From Felis catus (Eukaryota): 64,000 nucleotides of DNA. A program made the position numbers and the translations under genes. Positions 24,366 through 37,336 of this stretch are shown one piece after another (the stretch's first letter is position 1; the number at the start of each line of letters is the position of its first letter). The notes below the pieces were generated by a model, which made no database searches, was not told the origin of the DNA, and was given only the letters and a program-made list of their open reading frames with translations. The stretch is taken from positions 65,102,001 to 65,166,000 of the forward strand of contig NC_058368.1 in the NCBI RefSeq assembly GCF_018350175.1. Direction: 5' to 3'.

Positions 24366-24399
24366 GCATCTGAAAATTAGTATGTCCATCTCTCTGGTA

Positions 24400-25116
24400 T
24401 CTCAATTTTTCTTTTCATTTAAAAATCATATTCAGTCATTCAGCACAACCTATCAGCAATCCCTTAAATCTCATTCCCAAACCTACTACTTCTCTCTGCA
24501 TCCACACCCACCACTTCACTCAAGCCCCCAACATCTATTGCCAAGTACTACAGTAGACTCCCATTCACCCCTTGCCTCAACATTTGAACACTCCAGAAAC
24601 CATATTCTCACTAAAGCATGGTCACTTAAAAAAATAAACCACATCATGCCATTCCCTGTGTAAACTGTTCCTTTACACCTAAAATTAAATCCAAACTCTT
24701 CCCATGACATACAAACCACAATAAGATGTGACACCTGCCTCCCTCCCTGATATCATCTGGTCATGCCTCTGTACCTCATTCACTAGGCTCCAGCTTCACT
24801 GGCCTTCTCTGAATTCCTTGATGATCCGAAGGGACTTGCTCTTCACTGTCCTTATGCACCTGCTCTTTCCTCTAGCTAGATTGTGTCTTCCCCTGATCTT
24901 TGTTATGTCTGGCTTCTCATCATTTGGGTCTCATTTGAAATGTTTCTTCATAGTGCAACACTTTCTGAAATAATCTTATTCTTTTACTCATTTCTCACTT
25001 ATTATCTGCCTTTCCTACTAATATTAAGGTCTGAGAAAGCAAGTGCTGGTCTGCTTTGCTGGCCATTGCCATCTCAATGCCCACACTCTGAAATATGCAT
25101 TGAATGAATAAATGAA
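24400..25116 (+). mobile_element. L2 3' region
   Basis: 'aaatccaaactcttcccatgacatacaa', terminal 'ttgaatgaataaatgaa'. Confidence 0.85.
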
Positions 25117-26232
25117 ATGGGACCATGTATGCTCATTGCTTTCCTTAGTGTCTCCCACTTAACTGAAGGTAACTAAATCATAGGTAATGTGCTGCTGTTT
25201 TGTCACATTGATGATGACTGGAATTCTCACCTAACTCCTAGCTCTACATTACTGGTTTAATATTGTCCAGGTCCTAAGAGGAGAGAGAGAGCCTGACTTC
25301 ATCAGGCTTTGCTGAACACCATCAACAGAGCTCCTTTTTTATCCCTTTTCTTCTCTCATCCACACTCAGATCACAGGGAGGGATATGATGCCAACTCATT
25401 TGGGAGTTCTAAATGTGTCACAAAATACCTGTCAGTTGACTTGATTACATTTCAGACATTAACAATTACCACAAATATTTAAATCAGCAGCTTCATAGCT
25501 CTACCTAATTTAAAACTTTCTTCCTTGTTTATAGCAAAATCTTATGTGTGTTACATGCCTCATGCTCTAGTTTCAGGAATTAAAGTTCATAGAGCACTGA
25601 CCAGGTAGAATCACAAAAGAGTGTTAAACATGAAATACAACTTGACCTTTGGTTCATAGTTCAACACTCCTTCTTACTCACCATGAAACAAATATATCTA
25701 CTTAAAATAAACTTCCTATTCTTAAAGTAGCTTTCTAAGCTCTAGAATATAATCTTCCAGGTCTTAAGATATAAACCTAAAAAGTTGAGGGAGAGTGGTA
25801 AAAACCTTTATATATAAAGAATATCTTCAGAATGAAGTTACTACATGTTCTAAGCACAAAGGTTGGAAATTAGCCTCCCCTTGTGCTAGGGCCCAGTATC
25901 ATTCCAAGAGCCCAGAATGTGGAAACATATAGAGGGCCCAAGGTGTTTTTTCCTTCTTTTGGTTATTACCCTTCTCATCTTTGTGCCAAAAAGAGACAGA
26001 ATAGAGCAGAAAAAATAGATTCTAAACCAAGCAAAGTTAACCCCTTAACCTCATTCAGTACAAACATGGTAATATTACTGTTTGAATAATGAAAATTATA
26101 GTAATTAGACAGAAAGGAAAAATAGAGTGAGAGAATTCATATGCATCGTATGTTCCCTGAGTCAGAAAGATGTGAATCAAATTACTGAGTTATTAGCAAT
26201 ACAGCCAATTGCTATTTATGTTATGCCAGGGA

Positions 26233-26236
<4 letters not shown>

Positions 26237-26284
<48 letters not shown>
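26237..26284. repeat. (CT)n microsatellite
   Basis: About 23 perfect units. Confidence 0.97.
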
Positions 26285-26286
<2 letters not shown>

Positions 26287-26845
26287 GGGTTTAGCTGTTG
26301 GAGGGAGAACTATTGATTAATTGGAGAAGAAATTAGAAAAAGGAGTAACAAGGTAAAGTGTCCAATGTAGCAAGAAAATATGATACTACAGAAATAATGT
26401 GTGCTTCAACCCTCACCTCTACTATTCCTGTATCCCGAATAATCTACTTGATCTCTTTAAATTTTCTTCTCCGCATCTGTAAACATGAGATTTCAGCAAT
26501 TTGTACATGTATGTGTTCCCCCAAAACGTATAGTTTCTTAGTTGGGTCACTTTGATCACAGCTTTTCCTTCCCTTTTCCAAATTTCACACTTTACAATTC
26601 AGCTGCTATGTACAAAGACCCTGGAACAGCCCAGAGTATTATTGATAAAAAACAGTGACATGTTATATTATCTTCAACAAGTATTTCTCAATTCTATTCC
26701 CACTATTTTAATTGCCTTTTCTCATTTTAATTTACTTAGAATTATTTTTTTTCTTTTATTTATGTATCACCTAGGCAAATCCAGCTTACCTCTTTTATAT
26801 ATGGAAAACACATAAGAGTTGTTGGGTTATAAAATACTAGAACCA

Positions 26846-27096
26846 GGTGCCTGGGTGGCTCAGTCAGTTAAGCACCTAACTCTTGATTTCAGCTCAGGTC
26901 ATGATCTCATGTTTCATGAGTTCAACCCCTGAATCGGGCTCTGTGCTGACAGCCTGGAGTCTGCTTTGGATTCTCTCTCTCCCTCTCTCTCTGCCCCTCC
27001 TGGCTCATGCTCCTCTCTATCTCAAAATAAATAAGTTAATTTTAAAAAATTATTTTAAAAAATTAAATCACATAATAAAATAAAAGTAAATTAAAT
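26846..27096 (+). mobile_element. CanSINE with extended AT-rich tail
   Basis: 16-bp TSD taaaatactagaacca at 26830-26845 and 27097-27112. Confidence 0.96.
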
Positions 27097-27197
27097 TAAA
27101 ATACTAGAACCATAAAAATCACCACTATGTTCCTTGGATAACTCTAGACTTGAAGTTAATTACAAAATCTTATCCCAAGAACAGAACTATGAAATTA

Positions 27198-27565
27198 TGT
27201 CTTCCTCAATTTGGGCAGCCATACAGCATACCATGAACTGGCTGATATAAACGACCGACATTTATTTCTCATAGTTATGGAGGCTGGGAAGTATGAGACC
27301 ACGGTACGTGTTGATTCAATGTCTGGTAAGAGTTCTCCTCCTGGCTTGCAGAAGGTTGCCTTCCTGCTATGTCCTCACATAGTAAAGAGAGGTAGCCCTG
27401 ATGTCTATTCCTTTTCTCATAAATGAATTAATCCCATCATGGCCACCCTCATGACCACATCTAAACCTATTTATCTCTAATGGATCCACTTTCTAACACC
27501 ATCACTTTAGGGATTAGGGCTTCAACATAGGAATTCTGAAGGGGACACACAAAAATCTATAAAAA
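27198..27565 (-). mobile_element. MLT1A0-like MaLR solo LTR
   Basis: 'atttatttctcatagttatggaggctgggaagt', 'ccaccctcatgacc', 'gattagggcttcaacataggaattctgaaggggacac'. Confidence 0.88.
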
Positions 27566-30500
27566 TGGCCTTGCCAAAAAGAGGAGAGAGAGAAGTAAAT
27601 ATGCATATTGAGGTCTAACTGCATTAAAAGCAGGACAAGTTAGCTTTGCAAAATATAGAGCAAGAAAATCTTACCTCCTATCATTCACTCAAAATCACAT
27701 AAATAAATTCTGCTAAAATCATATGGTGTTTGGATTAATCCCTGGAGAAAATGAGTAGTTACAACAACCATCAAAGAATGAATATGAAGCTACCTGTTGG
27801 CATCATAAAATTAATGAACAAAAATTGTACCCTTTGGATCATATTTTCATTGAGTAATCATAGAATTAGAATGAATACTTTTGGAAAGATTGATCAAATT
27901 TTGTAGAGATGTCTTGATGCACCTTAATCCAGAGTTAAGGTTTCATTTTTTAAAGCTTTTAAAGTATTCTATTTTTCAACTTAAAAATATTTAGTTGAAG
28001 GATCTGGATAACAACAAATCAGAAACTTAAAAGTTAAAACTTGCCATAACTCTCTCATTTACCGCCCAAATCCTCCAGGCTGTTTTGGGAGAAACAAAAA
28101 CCTAAGTAGCTCAGAAATGAACATTTTCTCATGCATAGAAAACAACCAAATGTTTTCTTCCTGCAAAAAAGGTTATCTTTTTTGGAAAATGTTTGCTCTC
28201 CTACCTAAATATCATTAATTGTTCAATAATAATTGTTTTTTGTACTATCTTTAATCTTTTTCCCCAAATCATCTACAAAATTATACTTCTACAGAATAGT
28301 TTCTAAAGGCCATTTCATAAGAAATAAAAGTTCTACTCTGAAGAAGGATAAAGTATTATATAATTTTCCACCATTACAAAATTCAAAGAAATGCAAGAAA
28401 GTGAAAAAAAAAAACCCTATAAAAAATATCTCTCATTTTTGATCCTGTATAACGCTCATGGTTTGTCTTACCCTATGACTTTTATATTAGTTATAAATGT
28501 CTAAATTGGCCATTTATATGTATATATATTTTTTTTTCTATACAATTTGTAAACATGATTTGAAATAACTGCCAAAAAGACAGAGAGGTTGAGAAATTTG
28601 TCCATGGCTATAAGAGGTCTTGGTAACAGCCAGGAACTGAGTGTGAGCACAGTTTCAATTTTAAATCATTCGTTCTCCTGCCTTTCAGTAGCTCTGGATT
28701 ACCTGGCACAAAGGATAAAAGATTATGTCAAGGAAAACGGAATCACTAGAAAATGTGAAGGAGGTGAGGGGGACAGGGACTCTTTCACTGCCACAAAGGG
28801 TTAGCACCATAGCATTAAATTTGATGATAAAGAGAAGCCAATTGAGGAGAAAATATATTTTCCATTGTGATAGTTCAGCTATCATCAAAAAACATTCTTG
28901 AAGATACAAATAATGTCTTAAAACAGCCGTTTTCTTAATACAATATGAACAATGCAAATACATTAAATCATAAGTTGTACCTTCAAGAAAAATAAAATCT
29001 AGTATGGAAGAAAAAGCATAAGTGAATAAAAAAGCAGCTATAAGTTTAAAAACGATGCAAGAAAGCAATAAAAAGAATAGGCAAGGTAACTAGGTAAAGA
29101 TGACAATATTCATTTGTTTAAACTTATGATTTATTATTATTAAAATAAATATAATATATAACTATGATAATAAAATTATAAATTAATAATTTAGGATATA
29201 TAAATTAAATTGTGTGTTGATGTAATAAAAATAATATATAATAAAATATTATTTCATGATGAGATTAAGACAATCCTTCCCATCCTACTAAAATGAAATA
29301 AGTCGCTTTCCTTAAGGAAATAAAATCATTTAACTAAATGTAATTTTAATGTATCAATAATAATAATTTAGGATTCAAACTTCATTATATTGCAGAATTA
29401 TATTATACAAAGCAATATAATTAGACCAAAATTATCACATGGTCAGAGGCTTATTTTTCACATATGCTATGTTTAAAATTCACAGCATTGCATTGCTCAT
29501 ATATTTAGATAATTTCTGTAGAATAGTGAATATTCTGTGTTCTCTGTATATAAACATATACTGGTTTCACTTCATATGATACCAGATTTGCAATGTTAGT
29601 AAAAACATGGTTTGTGGGTTTGTTTGTTATCTTTCCATTCCTCTAGGAAATAATAGTGGTCTTTTGCAAACCTGAAATAGCACAATTTCCCATATTTTTG
29701 ATGTTCTCCAAAAGACACAGACTATATATTTCAATACACATAGGATGTTGGCATTAAATGAAACTTTTATAGTTGTTCTCTGTACTTTCCCTAATAATAA
29801 TTTTGCCACCCCATTCTTCTCTGGCTACAATATTTAAGTAGATTTAGTGGGAGTTTTTGTATGCCACATGAAATATAACCATCACCTTTAGAATCGAATT
29901 TCTCCTTCAACTAATAGTCTTTAAAGTGGATCATTCAAGATTTTCCCCCTTAGCTTCTATATTCCTACTTAATCATTATTTAACACCTCTTACAGTCCTT
30001 TATCTTATCATCATTTCTCAAAATTCTTAAGCATGACAGCCTGCTGAAATACCCACTAAAAAGCCATATAGTTAATTTCTGCACAGGGAATGGACACAAG
30101 ATTATTCTACCATAAATTGTCTGTCTCATCTTCCCAGGCTTGCAGAGACACACACACAATGATGCTGTTCATTTACAAGTCCGCATTTATTGTAATGCAC
30201 TATTTATCATTATTCAGGAAGCTAAGACTCTCTTGTCAAGAGACAGAAGTGTCAAATGAAGTCAGCACGTTCAGGGGATTTAAAGCAAAGTCAGCTTCGG
30301 TTCAATAGGTATTCCTTTGTACTTAGGAACTTAACCCCGTATGTGTTAATGTGCAATGCAATAGGATAGGTATGATGGAGTTTTAGAGATCTACCCAGTG
30401 AACATGTGGCAGACACATGAATTCACTCAATCATATCATTTTTCATTGAATCCAGTCCTCAGAGAAGTAATTTAAAGACAGCAATTTAGTGAGAACTAGC

Positions 30501-30911
30501 CACTTAGAAAGCATTTATTGAGAGCCTCCTGCCATCTTCATTCACAAATTAGGTAAAAATGGTCTTTGCAGCACACATTACCTGGAGGTCACTGTTCTTT
30601 CCTATACATAGGGCTCTTGTTATAAGGAATAAAGAAGACCCATCTGGGTCTCCTCTCATATTGTTTCATGTGAAGGAACTTCGAGAAAGGTTTATGTGCA
30701 ATTATTTAAAGTAAGTCTGGCAGAAAAATAGAAGGAGTCAACTCAATAGTTTCACTTCTGCCCTGACTTGGCAAGACTCCTTTCAAGATTTTTTTCTGTA
30801 TAGCCACGGTTTTAAGCAATTCAATACTATACATGAACTTTGGAAAGATAATTCTCTCAAATTGAGACTGGCCAACTTAAAGTTATTTAAGCAGACATGA
30901 CCGGTCGAACG

Positions 30912-31485
30912 TAGACCTACCCTATGACCCAGCAGTAGCACTGCTAGGAATTTACCCAAGGGATACAGGAGTACTGAGGCATAGGGGCACTTGTACCCCC
31001 ATGTTTACAGCAGCACTCTCAACAATAGCCAAATCATGGAAAGAGTCTAAATGTCCATCAACTGATGAATGGATAAAGAAATTGTGATTTATATACACAA
31101 TGGAGTACTACGTGGCAATGAGAAAGAATGAAATATGGCCTTTTGTAGCAACGTGGATGGAACTGGAGAGTGTGATGCTGAAATAAGCCAGACAGAGAAA
31201 GACAGATACCATATGTTTTCACTCTTATGTGGATCCTGAGAAACTTAACAGAAACCCATGGGGGAGGCGAAGAAAAAAAAAAAAAAAAAGAGGTTACAGT
31301 GAGAAAGAGCCAAAGCATATCTTTCTCTTAAGAACAGAGAACAAACTGAGGGTTGATGGGGGGTGGGAGGGAGGGGAGGGTGGATGATGGGTGTTGAAGA
31401 GGGCATCTTTTGGGATGAGCACTGGGTGTTGTATGGAAACCAATTTGACAATAAATTTCATATATTAAAAAAATAAGTAAATAAA
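30912..31485 (+). mobile_element. 5'-truncated felid L1 (ORF2 end, 3'UTR, A tail)
   Basis: Colinear with and highly similar to 8951-9496; begins tagacctaccctatgaccc; no clean TSD found. Confidence 0.95.
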
Positions 31486-31980
31486 GACAAGACATACCAT
31501 TTAAATAAAAAAAAAGAAGTAGGAAAGGAAAATATCAAAAATCAGACAATATAGAACTAAGGATTAATCCTATTAATGTAGAATTCTGTTCACAGTTTTT
31601 GTAAAAAATGAAATTTATATACATTTTATGTACTACTATTTTCACCTTACTTCAAGTATTAAACCACATCAACCCAAAAAGGAAAAATAAGAAAAATTTT
31701 AAGATTACTTGATACATAATAATTTCTATATTTCATGTCAATTTCAGAAATAAATAAGAAGATAAATTTAAAATAAGTGTTTTTGTTTGCTTTTATTGTT
31801 CTATGAGGCATATAAAAATTAATACTTGAAAACTGAATAATGATTTTTGAAACAAATTTAAAAATTGTCTACTATAAATTATTGAATGGCAGAAAGTTTA
31901 GAAGAAGGACATTGTTGAAAATAATAGAGTAGTAACAACCAAAACTAGTGTCCTCCATAAAAGCAGTGAGACAATGGCAA

Positions 31981-31986
31981 TGTATA

Positions 31987-32026
<40 letters not shown>

Positions 32027-32210
32027 CACTGGGTAGATCTATAAAACTCCATCATACTTGTCCTATGACTATATATTTATTTACTTATTGCCATTGTATT
32101 TATTTACTTATTGCCATATATATTTTTCTGCCATATTTTTTGCCATGTATATATTTATTGCCATATATTTATTTACTTATTGCCATATATATTTTTTTAC
32201 TTATTGTCAA

Positions 32211-32287
<77 letters not shown>
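31981..32287. repeat. Compound (TA)n / minisatellite / (TG)n(TA)n
   Basis: Two (TA)n runs flank about 7 degenerate units of tatatttatttacttattgcca. Confidence 0.93.
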
Positions 32288-32288
<1 letters not shown>

Positions 32289-32714
32289 CAGGACTATGAA
32301 AATTAACCCAAGGCTTGCAGTCACCCAGGGGGTGTTTGTTTAAGAAAAACAACAATAAGCTCTATGGCATTTTAACTTAACCTGAGTTCCATCCCTAGCT
32401 AGCTCTACTGTAACTTGAAAACCAACAACCCATATCATGGTGAAAACCAGCAACTTGAAGATCACTGGAGAGGCCAAACTGAGTTGAAACTTCTGCTAGA
32501 CCCCACTTCCAGAGAATCGCTATTAATTGACCTAAGACCTTCCTTGTTGGGCTGTCTTCATTTGACCTGCATTAGAACTTTCCCGATGCAAAAATCCTTT
32601 TCTCTGAGAGTATTTGTTTAAAACAAATACAGGCAATTGTTTAACTACATGGCTGCCTGAGGAAGTGGATCACAGTTGGAGCAAATAATAGACTGATCAA
32701 AAGCTTAAAAAGAC

Positions 32715-32762
32715 AAGCTAGAAAAGCTAGAAAGCTAGCTAGAAAGCTAGAAAGCTAGAAAG
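32715..32762. repeat. (AAGCTAGA)n short tandem repeat
   Basis: About 5-6 copies seen. Confidence 0.9.
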
Positions 32763-33122
32763 GAAAAGACATCTTATTAGATGTCCACAGGCTCTTTGAA
32801 AAGATCCAACATATTCCTGAGAATCTAGGGGGTCATTTCCATACATAAGACTAGGCGCATGCTCAGGGCTGTGTGTCTGCTCAAGAAAGACTTGAAAGGC
32901 TCTAAGCTATTTCTTATCTCTGCTTAATCTTGAAACTCTTCACAAAAGTGTGAATTGACAGCTGAGTACCGAAGGAGAGCCCAGAAATGCACACAGAGCC
33001 TCTTAGCAAAGACTGGGAGACTGAATCGGTTCTGGGTTCATAAGGAAATCTATGTTGAATCATTAGTTGACCACTAGGCTAACTGGCAAAGACATCAACA
33101 GCCACACATGATAAAGAATATA

Positions 33123-33360
33123 GGGGCGCCTGGGTGGCGCAGTTGGTTAAGGGTCCGACTTCAGCCAGGTCACGATCTCGCGGTCCAGGAGTTCCAGCCC
33201 CACGTCAGGCTCTGGGCTGATGGCTCAGAGCCTGGAGCCTGTTTCTGATTCTGTGTCTCCCTCTCTCTCTCTGCCCCTCCCCCGTTCATGCTCTGTCTCT
33301 CTCTGTCCCAAAAATAAATAAACGTCGAAAAAAAAATTTAAATAAAAAAAATAAATATAA
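33123..33360 (+). mobile_element. Felid-specific CanSINE (SINEC_Fc-type)
   Basis: Diagnostic 'ggcgcag', 'cagccaggtcacgatctcgcggtc', 'tgggctgatggctc'. Confidence 0.96.
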
Positions 33361-34459
33361 ATACTACAGAATTAATTTAGAAAGTCACTGAACAAACAGT
33401 AAGAGATAAATGAAGCTTTAAGGGAACAAAGTTTTTGTATACTATGAAATTAACTTGGTATTCATTCTAACTAGATTGTTGTAAATAAGATGCTGATTAT
33501 GATCCTCAGGACAATCAATGAGAAAACTCAAAAACCGTAGTTTTAAAAAGGGAGAGGAATTAAAATGGCACATTAGAAAACATCTATTTAACACAAAGAA
33601 AGCAGTCATGAGAAATAGAGGGAAAAAAACAAACATAAGTAAGACATCAGAGAACAAACAGAAAGTTGTGACAGAAAGAATTATGTGCTTTTTGAATGAG
33701 ATTATAAACTAGTTAGAGTCAATGAAGCCGAGCGGTACACAATGTTACAAGGGTAAGGCCTTGGCTTTTTTCTAATTTATTCCATCTTTTGCCTTGATCT
33801 GCATTGACTATTTAAACCTAGAAATCCCTTGAGAATAAATACACCATTTTCCATTATTCTCCATATAGTGAGAGACAGACAAGTACCTTTCAAAACTTTA
33901 GAAAAAGGAGCAAAGGAGAATAACTGTGCAACTTTCACATAAAACCTTCCCTAATGATTTCATTAGAGCCTCATCTCTAATGCTTTTCCCAGGCTGATTG
34001 TTGATGGGGAAACAGAATCCAAGAGAAGAGAGGGAGGATTAGGAGGAGGAGGAGAAAGGGCAGGGCAGGGGAGACAAAGGCAATGATTCAAAATGAAAGA
34101 GAGGAAAAATACACATTCGTTAGCCTGGCTTCTAGCTTTCAACAGTAAAATCGTAGACTATAATTCCAAGTTTGTTACTTATTTCTTCCTTTCCCAAATC
34201 CATCACTCTAGTCGTACGAGTCCTTGATTCACACACTGCACCTTCTCATATCTCCACTTCTGTTTTGTCATTTCTTTTCCTGGAAGGCTATTCTTCTCTC
34301 CCATATAAAAAGTATCTTTTCTTCACCATGTCCTTTCTTCTTTAGATCCTATCTTCATTAAACTTTTCCAGGTGGGTTCTGCTCAAAATGATATCTCTAC
34401 ATTTGAAGTTCAATTCATTTCAATTATCATTTGTTACTTTTCGTCTTAATTCTGTTCTG

Positions 34460-35090
34460 AGCATGTCAGTTTCAGATGAATATACCAGTGGATTGAATTC
34501 CAAAGGGTTTATCTCAGCAGATAAAATCTGGAAGTAAGCAGTGCAAGGGTAATCGAGAGTGGGGATCTTTAAACTACAGCCCTTTTATTGAAATATAGTC
34601 ATATCTTGCATTTACATATTGTCCATGGCTGCTTTCACACTGCAAGAGCAGAGTTGAGTAGTCACAACTCCTTATTGGAAAAGGGTTAATTTAGATACAC
34701 AAGGTCATCAAGGACTCAAGTTTCCTTCAACTTTCTACTCCAACATCCTCAGTAATAAGCTTTTCCTTTCACAGCCTTTCAGGTTCCCAAAGCCTGCTTT
34801 ATTTCTAGTCCGTTCCAATCATTGGGTTCATATATCAGACGGTAAAATGAAGAAACAGAAAGGGGGGGATAAAAATTGAGTGAAGTATTTCCCTTTATAG
34901 ACTATCTACAAGTCCTAGCATATTTGCTAAACCTTATTGACAAGAACTTATTCTAATAACCACTTCGAGTGGTAAAGGAGGCAAGAAATAAGTCTTTTAG
35001 CTAAACATTGCTGCACTTGTTAATATAAGGGTTCTGTAAAGAAGGAAAAGAAAAGAGAGACCATATGTCAGCAATTATCAATCTCTGTCA
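34460..35090 (-). mobile_element. MLT1J/K-like LTR containing a MER58A fragment (~34560-34670)
   Basis: 'catcaaggactcaagtttccttc', end 'caatctctgtcaca'; MER58 motif 'tttacatattgtccatggctgctttcacactgc..gcagagttgagtagt'. Confidence 0.65.
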
Positions 35091-35128
35091 CAATTAGGAA
35101 TTGTTTGCTTTTAAGAAACAGACACCCA

Positions 35129-35356
35129 GAGGCGCCTGGGTGGCGCAGTCGGTTAAGCGTCCAACTTCAGCCAGGTCACGATCTCGCGGTCCGTGAGTTC
35201 GAGCCCCGCGTCAGGCTCTGGGCTGATGGCTCGGAGCCTGGAGCCTGTTTCCGATTCTGTGTCTCCCTCTCTCTGCCCCTCCCCTGTTCACGCTCTGTCT
35301 CTCTCTGTCCCAAAAATAAATAAACGTTGAAAAAAAAATTAAAAAAAAAAAAAAAA
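35129..35356 (+). mobile_element. Very young felid CanSINE (SINEC_Fc-type)
   Basis: CpGs intact, A/B boxes, long polyA, perfect 16-bp TSD aagaaacagacaccca at 35113-35128 and 35357-35372. Confidence 0.98.
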
Positions 35357-36815
35357 AAGAAACAGACACCCAAACAAACTAGCTTGAAGTAGTATATAAT
35401 CAAAGAATTCAAAGGAATCTCATGGAATCCAAGAGCAAATGTGTTATCTGCTCTTATAAAGGACAGTAACCAGAAATTAGACAGGACATTCCTTTCCACC
35501 TTTCCTCATCTTTTCCTGGACCATGTGGTTTGACAAGGCTCTCTAATTCTCTCTCTGGATGCCAGGTTTTTCTGCAGAAGCAGATTCAATGTCCATGCTC
35601 ATCTCTGAATATGGTAACAAATGCCCTTTAGCCTTGACTTTATTTTTTTGATCTAGACCCTGAAAACCATGATGAGAGTCTCTGAGTCCCAAATTAAGAT
35701 TCATGAAAGAGAGAAACTCATTGACATAACTCATTGACATGTCATCTTCCTATGTATAATTACATCAGTTGTGGTCTAGATGTGGGCTAGCAAACTTTCC
35801 AGGACACAGCTAAATTCTCTGTTTAGAGAGAATCTGTTAAATTCTCTGAGGAGTATGTAACAGGAATAAGGATAACACATATCTGATCTAACTTCTATAT
35901 GCTTATCTTTTATAATAATACATTGCCAAAAATACCTCATACCATTGGTTGTATGTTTAATCTCTACGAGTGGACATGTATGGTACCTGTTGAGGATTCT
36001 GTTTTTTAATTGAAGGATTACCCCTTATGGATCAAAGATGAGAATAAAAAGAGTATATTCCTTCTACTTATTCTTCCAACATTTTCTAAAGGTAACAATT
36101 TGCCAGTCCCCAAATATACTGTGTAAAATCAGGTTTTTTTCCATTTCAGAAATGATGAGATCTTAAAGGCAGAAAACTAGTCGTCAATATGAGACCACTG
36201 ACACAATCAGAAACTGGTCAAAAAAGAGACCTGGGCACATTTAGGCAAGAACTTCTCCAGTATCAGAATTACACATTTTTTTTTCTTTCTAGCCTGATTA
36301 TAACTTGTCTGAATACAAGAATCATACCTTATATTTGCCTATATTTATTATAGTATGCATTTAGAAAGTAATAAAGAGTGGTTAGCAGATATACAAGAAG
36401 TCAGAAGAAAAACTATTTTGTTATGCTATCGTTACTTTCTGTATTCATTTCACAAAATACAGTACCCATGAGACATTGTATTCTCACAGTATTTCTTTTT
36501 TATCCATAATCTCCAAAGTTCACTTGGAAAGAAAGAAAAAAAAAAACATTACTCTCGTTATTATTATAAATAAAACCAAAGATTCTTCAAATGACAGTTT
36601 ATTTTTGTTGGCATATATTTTCCCAGTCTTGTATTTATTTGTCATATATTTTCCTAGTGTATCTACCTTTACATACCAAAGCTATTCAAAAAAAGCTAGC
36701 TTTACATGAGGGGTTCAACTCTGTGGGGAAAGGTAGAAGGCATTAGACCCCAATTGAAACTTATTTTAAAATTCCCTTATAGACTATAGTAAGGTTTTGG
36801 GGGGATTTCCATATT

Positions 36816-37002
36816 TTTTAATGCTTATTTACGTTTGAGAGAGAGAGAGAAATACAGAGTATGAGTGGGGGAGGGGCAGAGAGAGAGGGAGACACAGAAT
36901 CCGAGGCAGGCTCCAGGCTCTGAGCTGTCAGCACAGAGCCCAACGTGGGTCTCAAGCTCACGAGCCATGAGACGCTTAACCAACTGAACCACCCAGGCGC
37001 CT
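36816..37002 (-). mobile_element. CanSINE with ~20-nt internal deletion
   Basis: 'gagccatgagacgcttaac' lacks the usual atcatgacctgagccgaagtc; flanked by ggggatttccatattt / ggggtttttccatattt. Confidence 0.94.
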
Positions 37003-37019
37003 GTGGGGTTTTTCCATAT

Positions 37020-37336
37020 TTAATACATTTTTTAATATTTATTAAATCTAATGTTAGTTAACACAGTGTTATATTAGTTTCAGGGGTACGATACAGTGAT
37101 TCAAAAGTTCCATACATCACCCTGTGCTCATAACAAGTGCACTCCTTAATCCCTATCGCCTGTTTTACCCCTCCCCTCTGGTAACCATCAGATTGTTCTC
37201 TATAATTAAAAATCTGTTTCTTGCTTTGACTCTCCCTCTCACTTTTTTCCTTTGCTTGTTTGTTTTGCTTCTTAAATCCCATATATGAGTGAAATCATAC
37301 ACTATTTGTCTTTGTCTGACTTATTTAGCTTAGCAC
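37020..37336 (-). mobile_element. Carnivore L1 3'UTR fragment
   Basis: 'ttatattagtttcaggggtac..acagtgattc', 'atatgagtgaaatcatac..tatttgtcttt'. Confidence 0.9.

Larger units (their letters stand above)
31910..33680 (+). mobile_element. Ancient L1M 5'-region remnant with microsatellite and SINE insertions
   Basis: 'cataaaagcagtgagacaatggcaa...tttcaggactatgaaaattaacccaaggcttgcag', 'cttagcaaagactgggagact' resemble old L1M 5' ends. Confidence 0.65.

Noticed and set aside
28685..29420. Very AT-rich block with a 127-aa minus-strand ORF; considered as NUMT or foreign DNA
   Set aside because: No recognisable mitochondrial or other gene similarity; consistent with low-complexity AT-rich DNA
31948..32343. 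131-aa YI-rich ORF and overlapping ORFs; also considered as a CRISPR-like array
   Set aside because: Microsatellite translation; units are degenerate tandem copies with no unique spacers, and the DNA is mammalian
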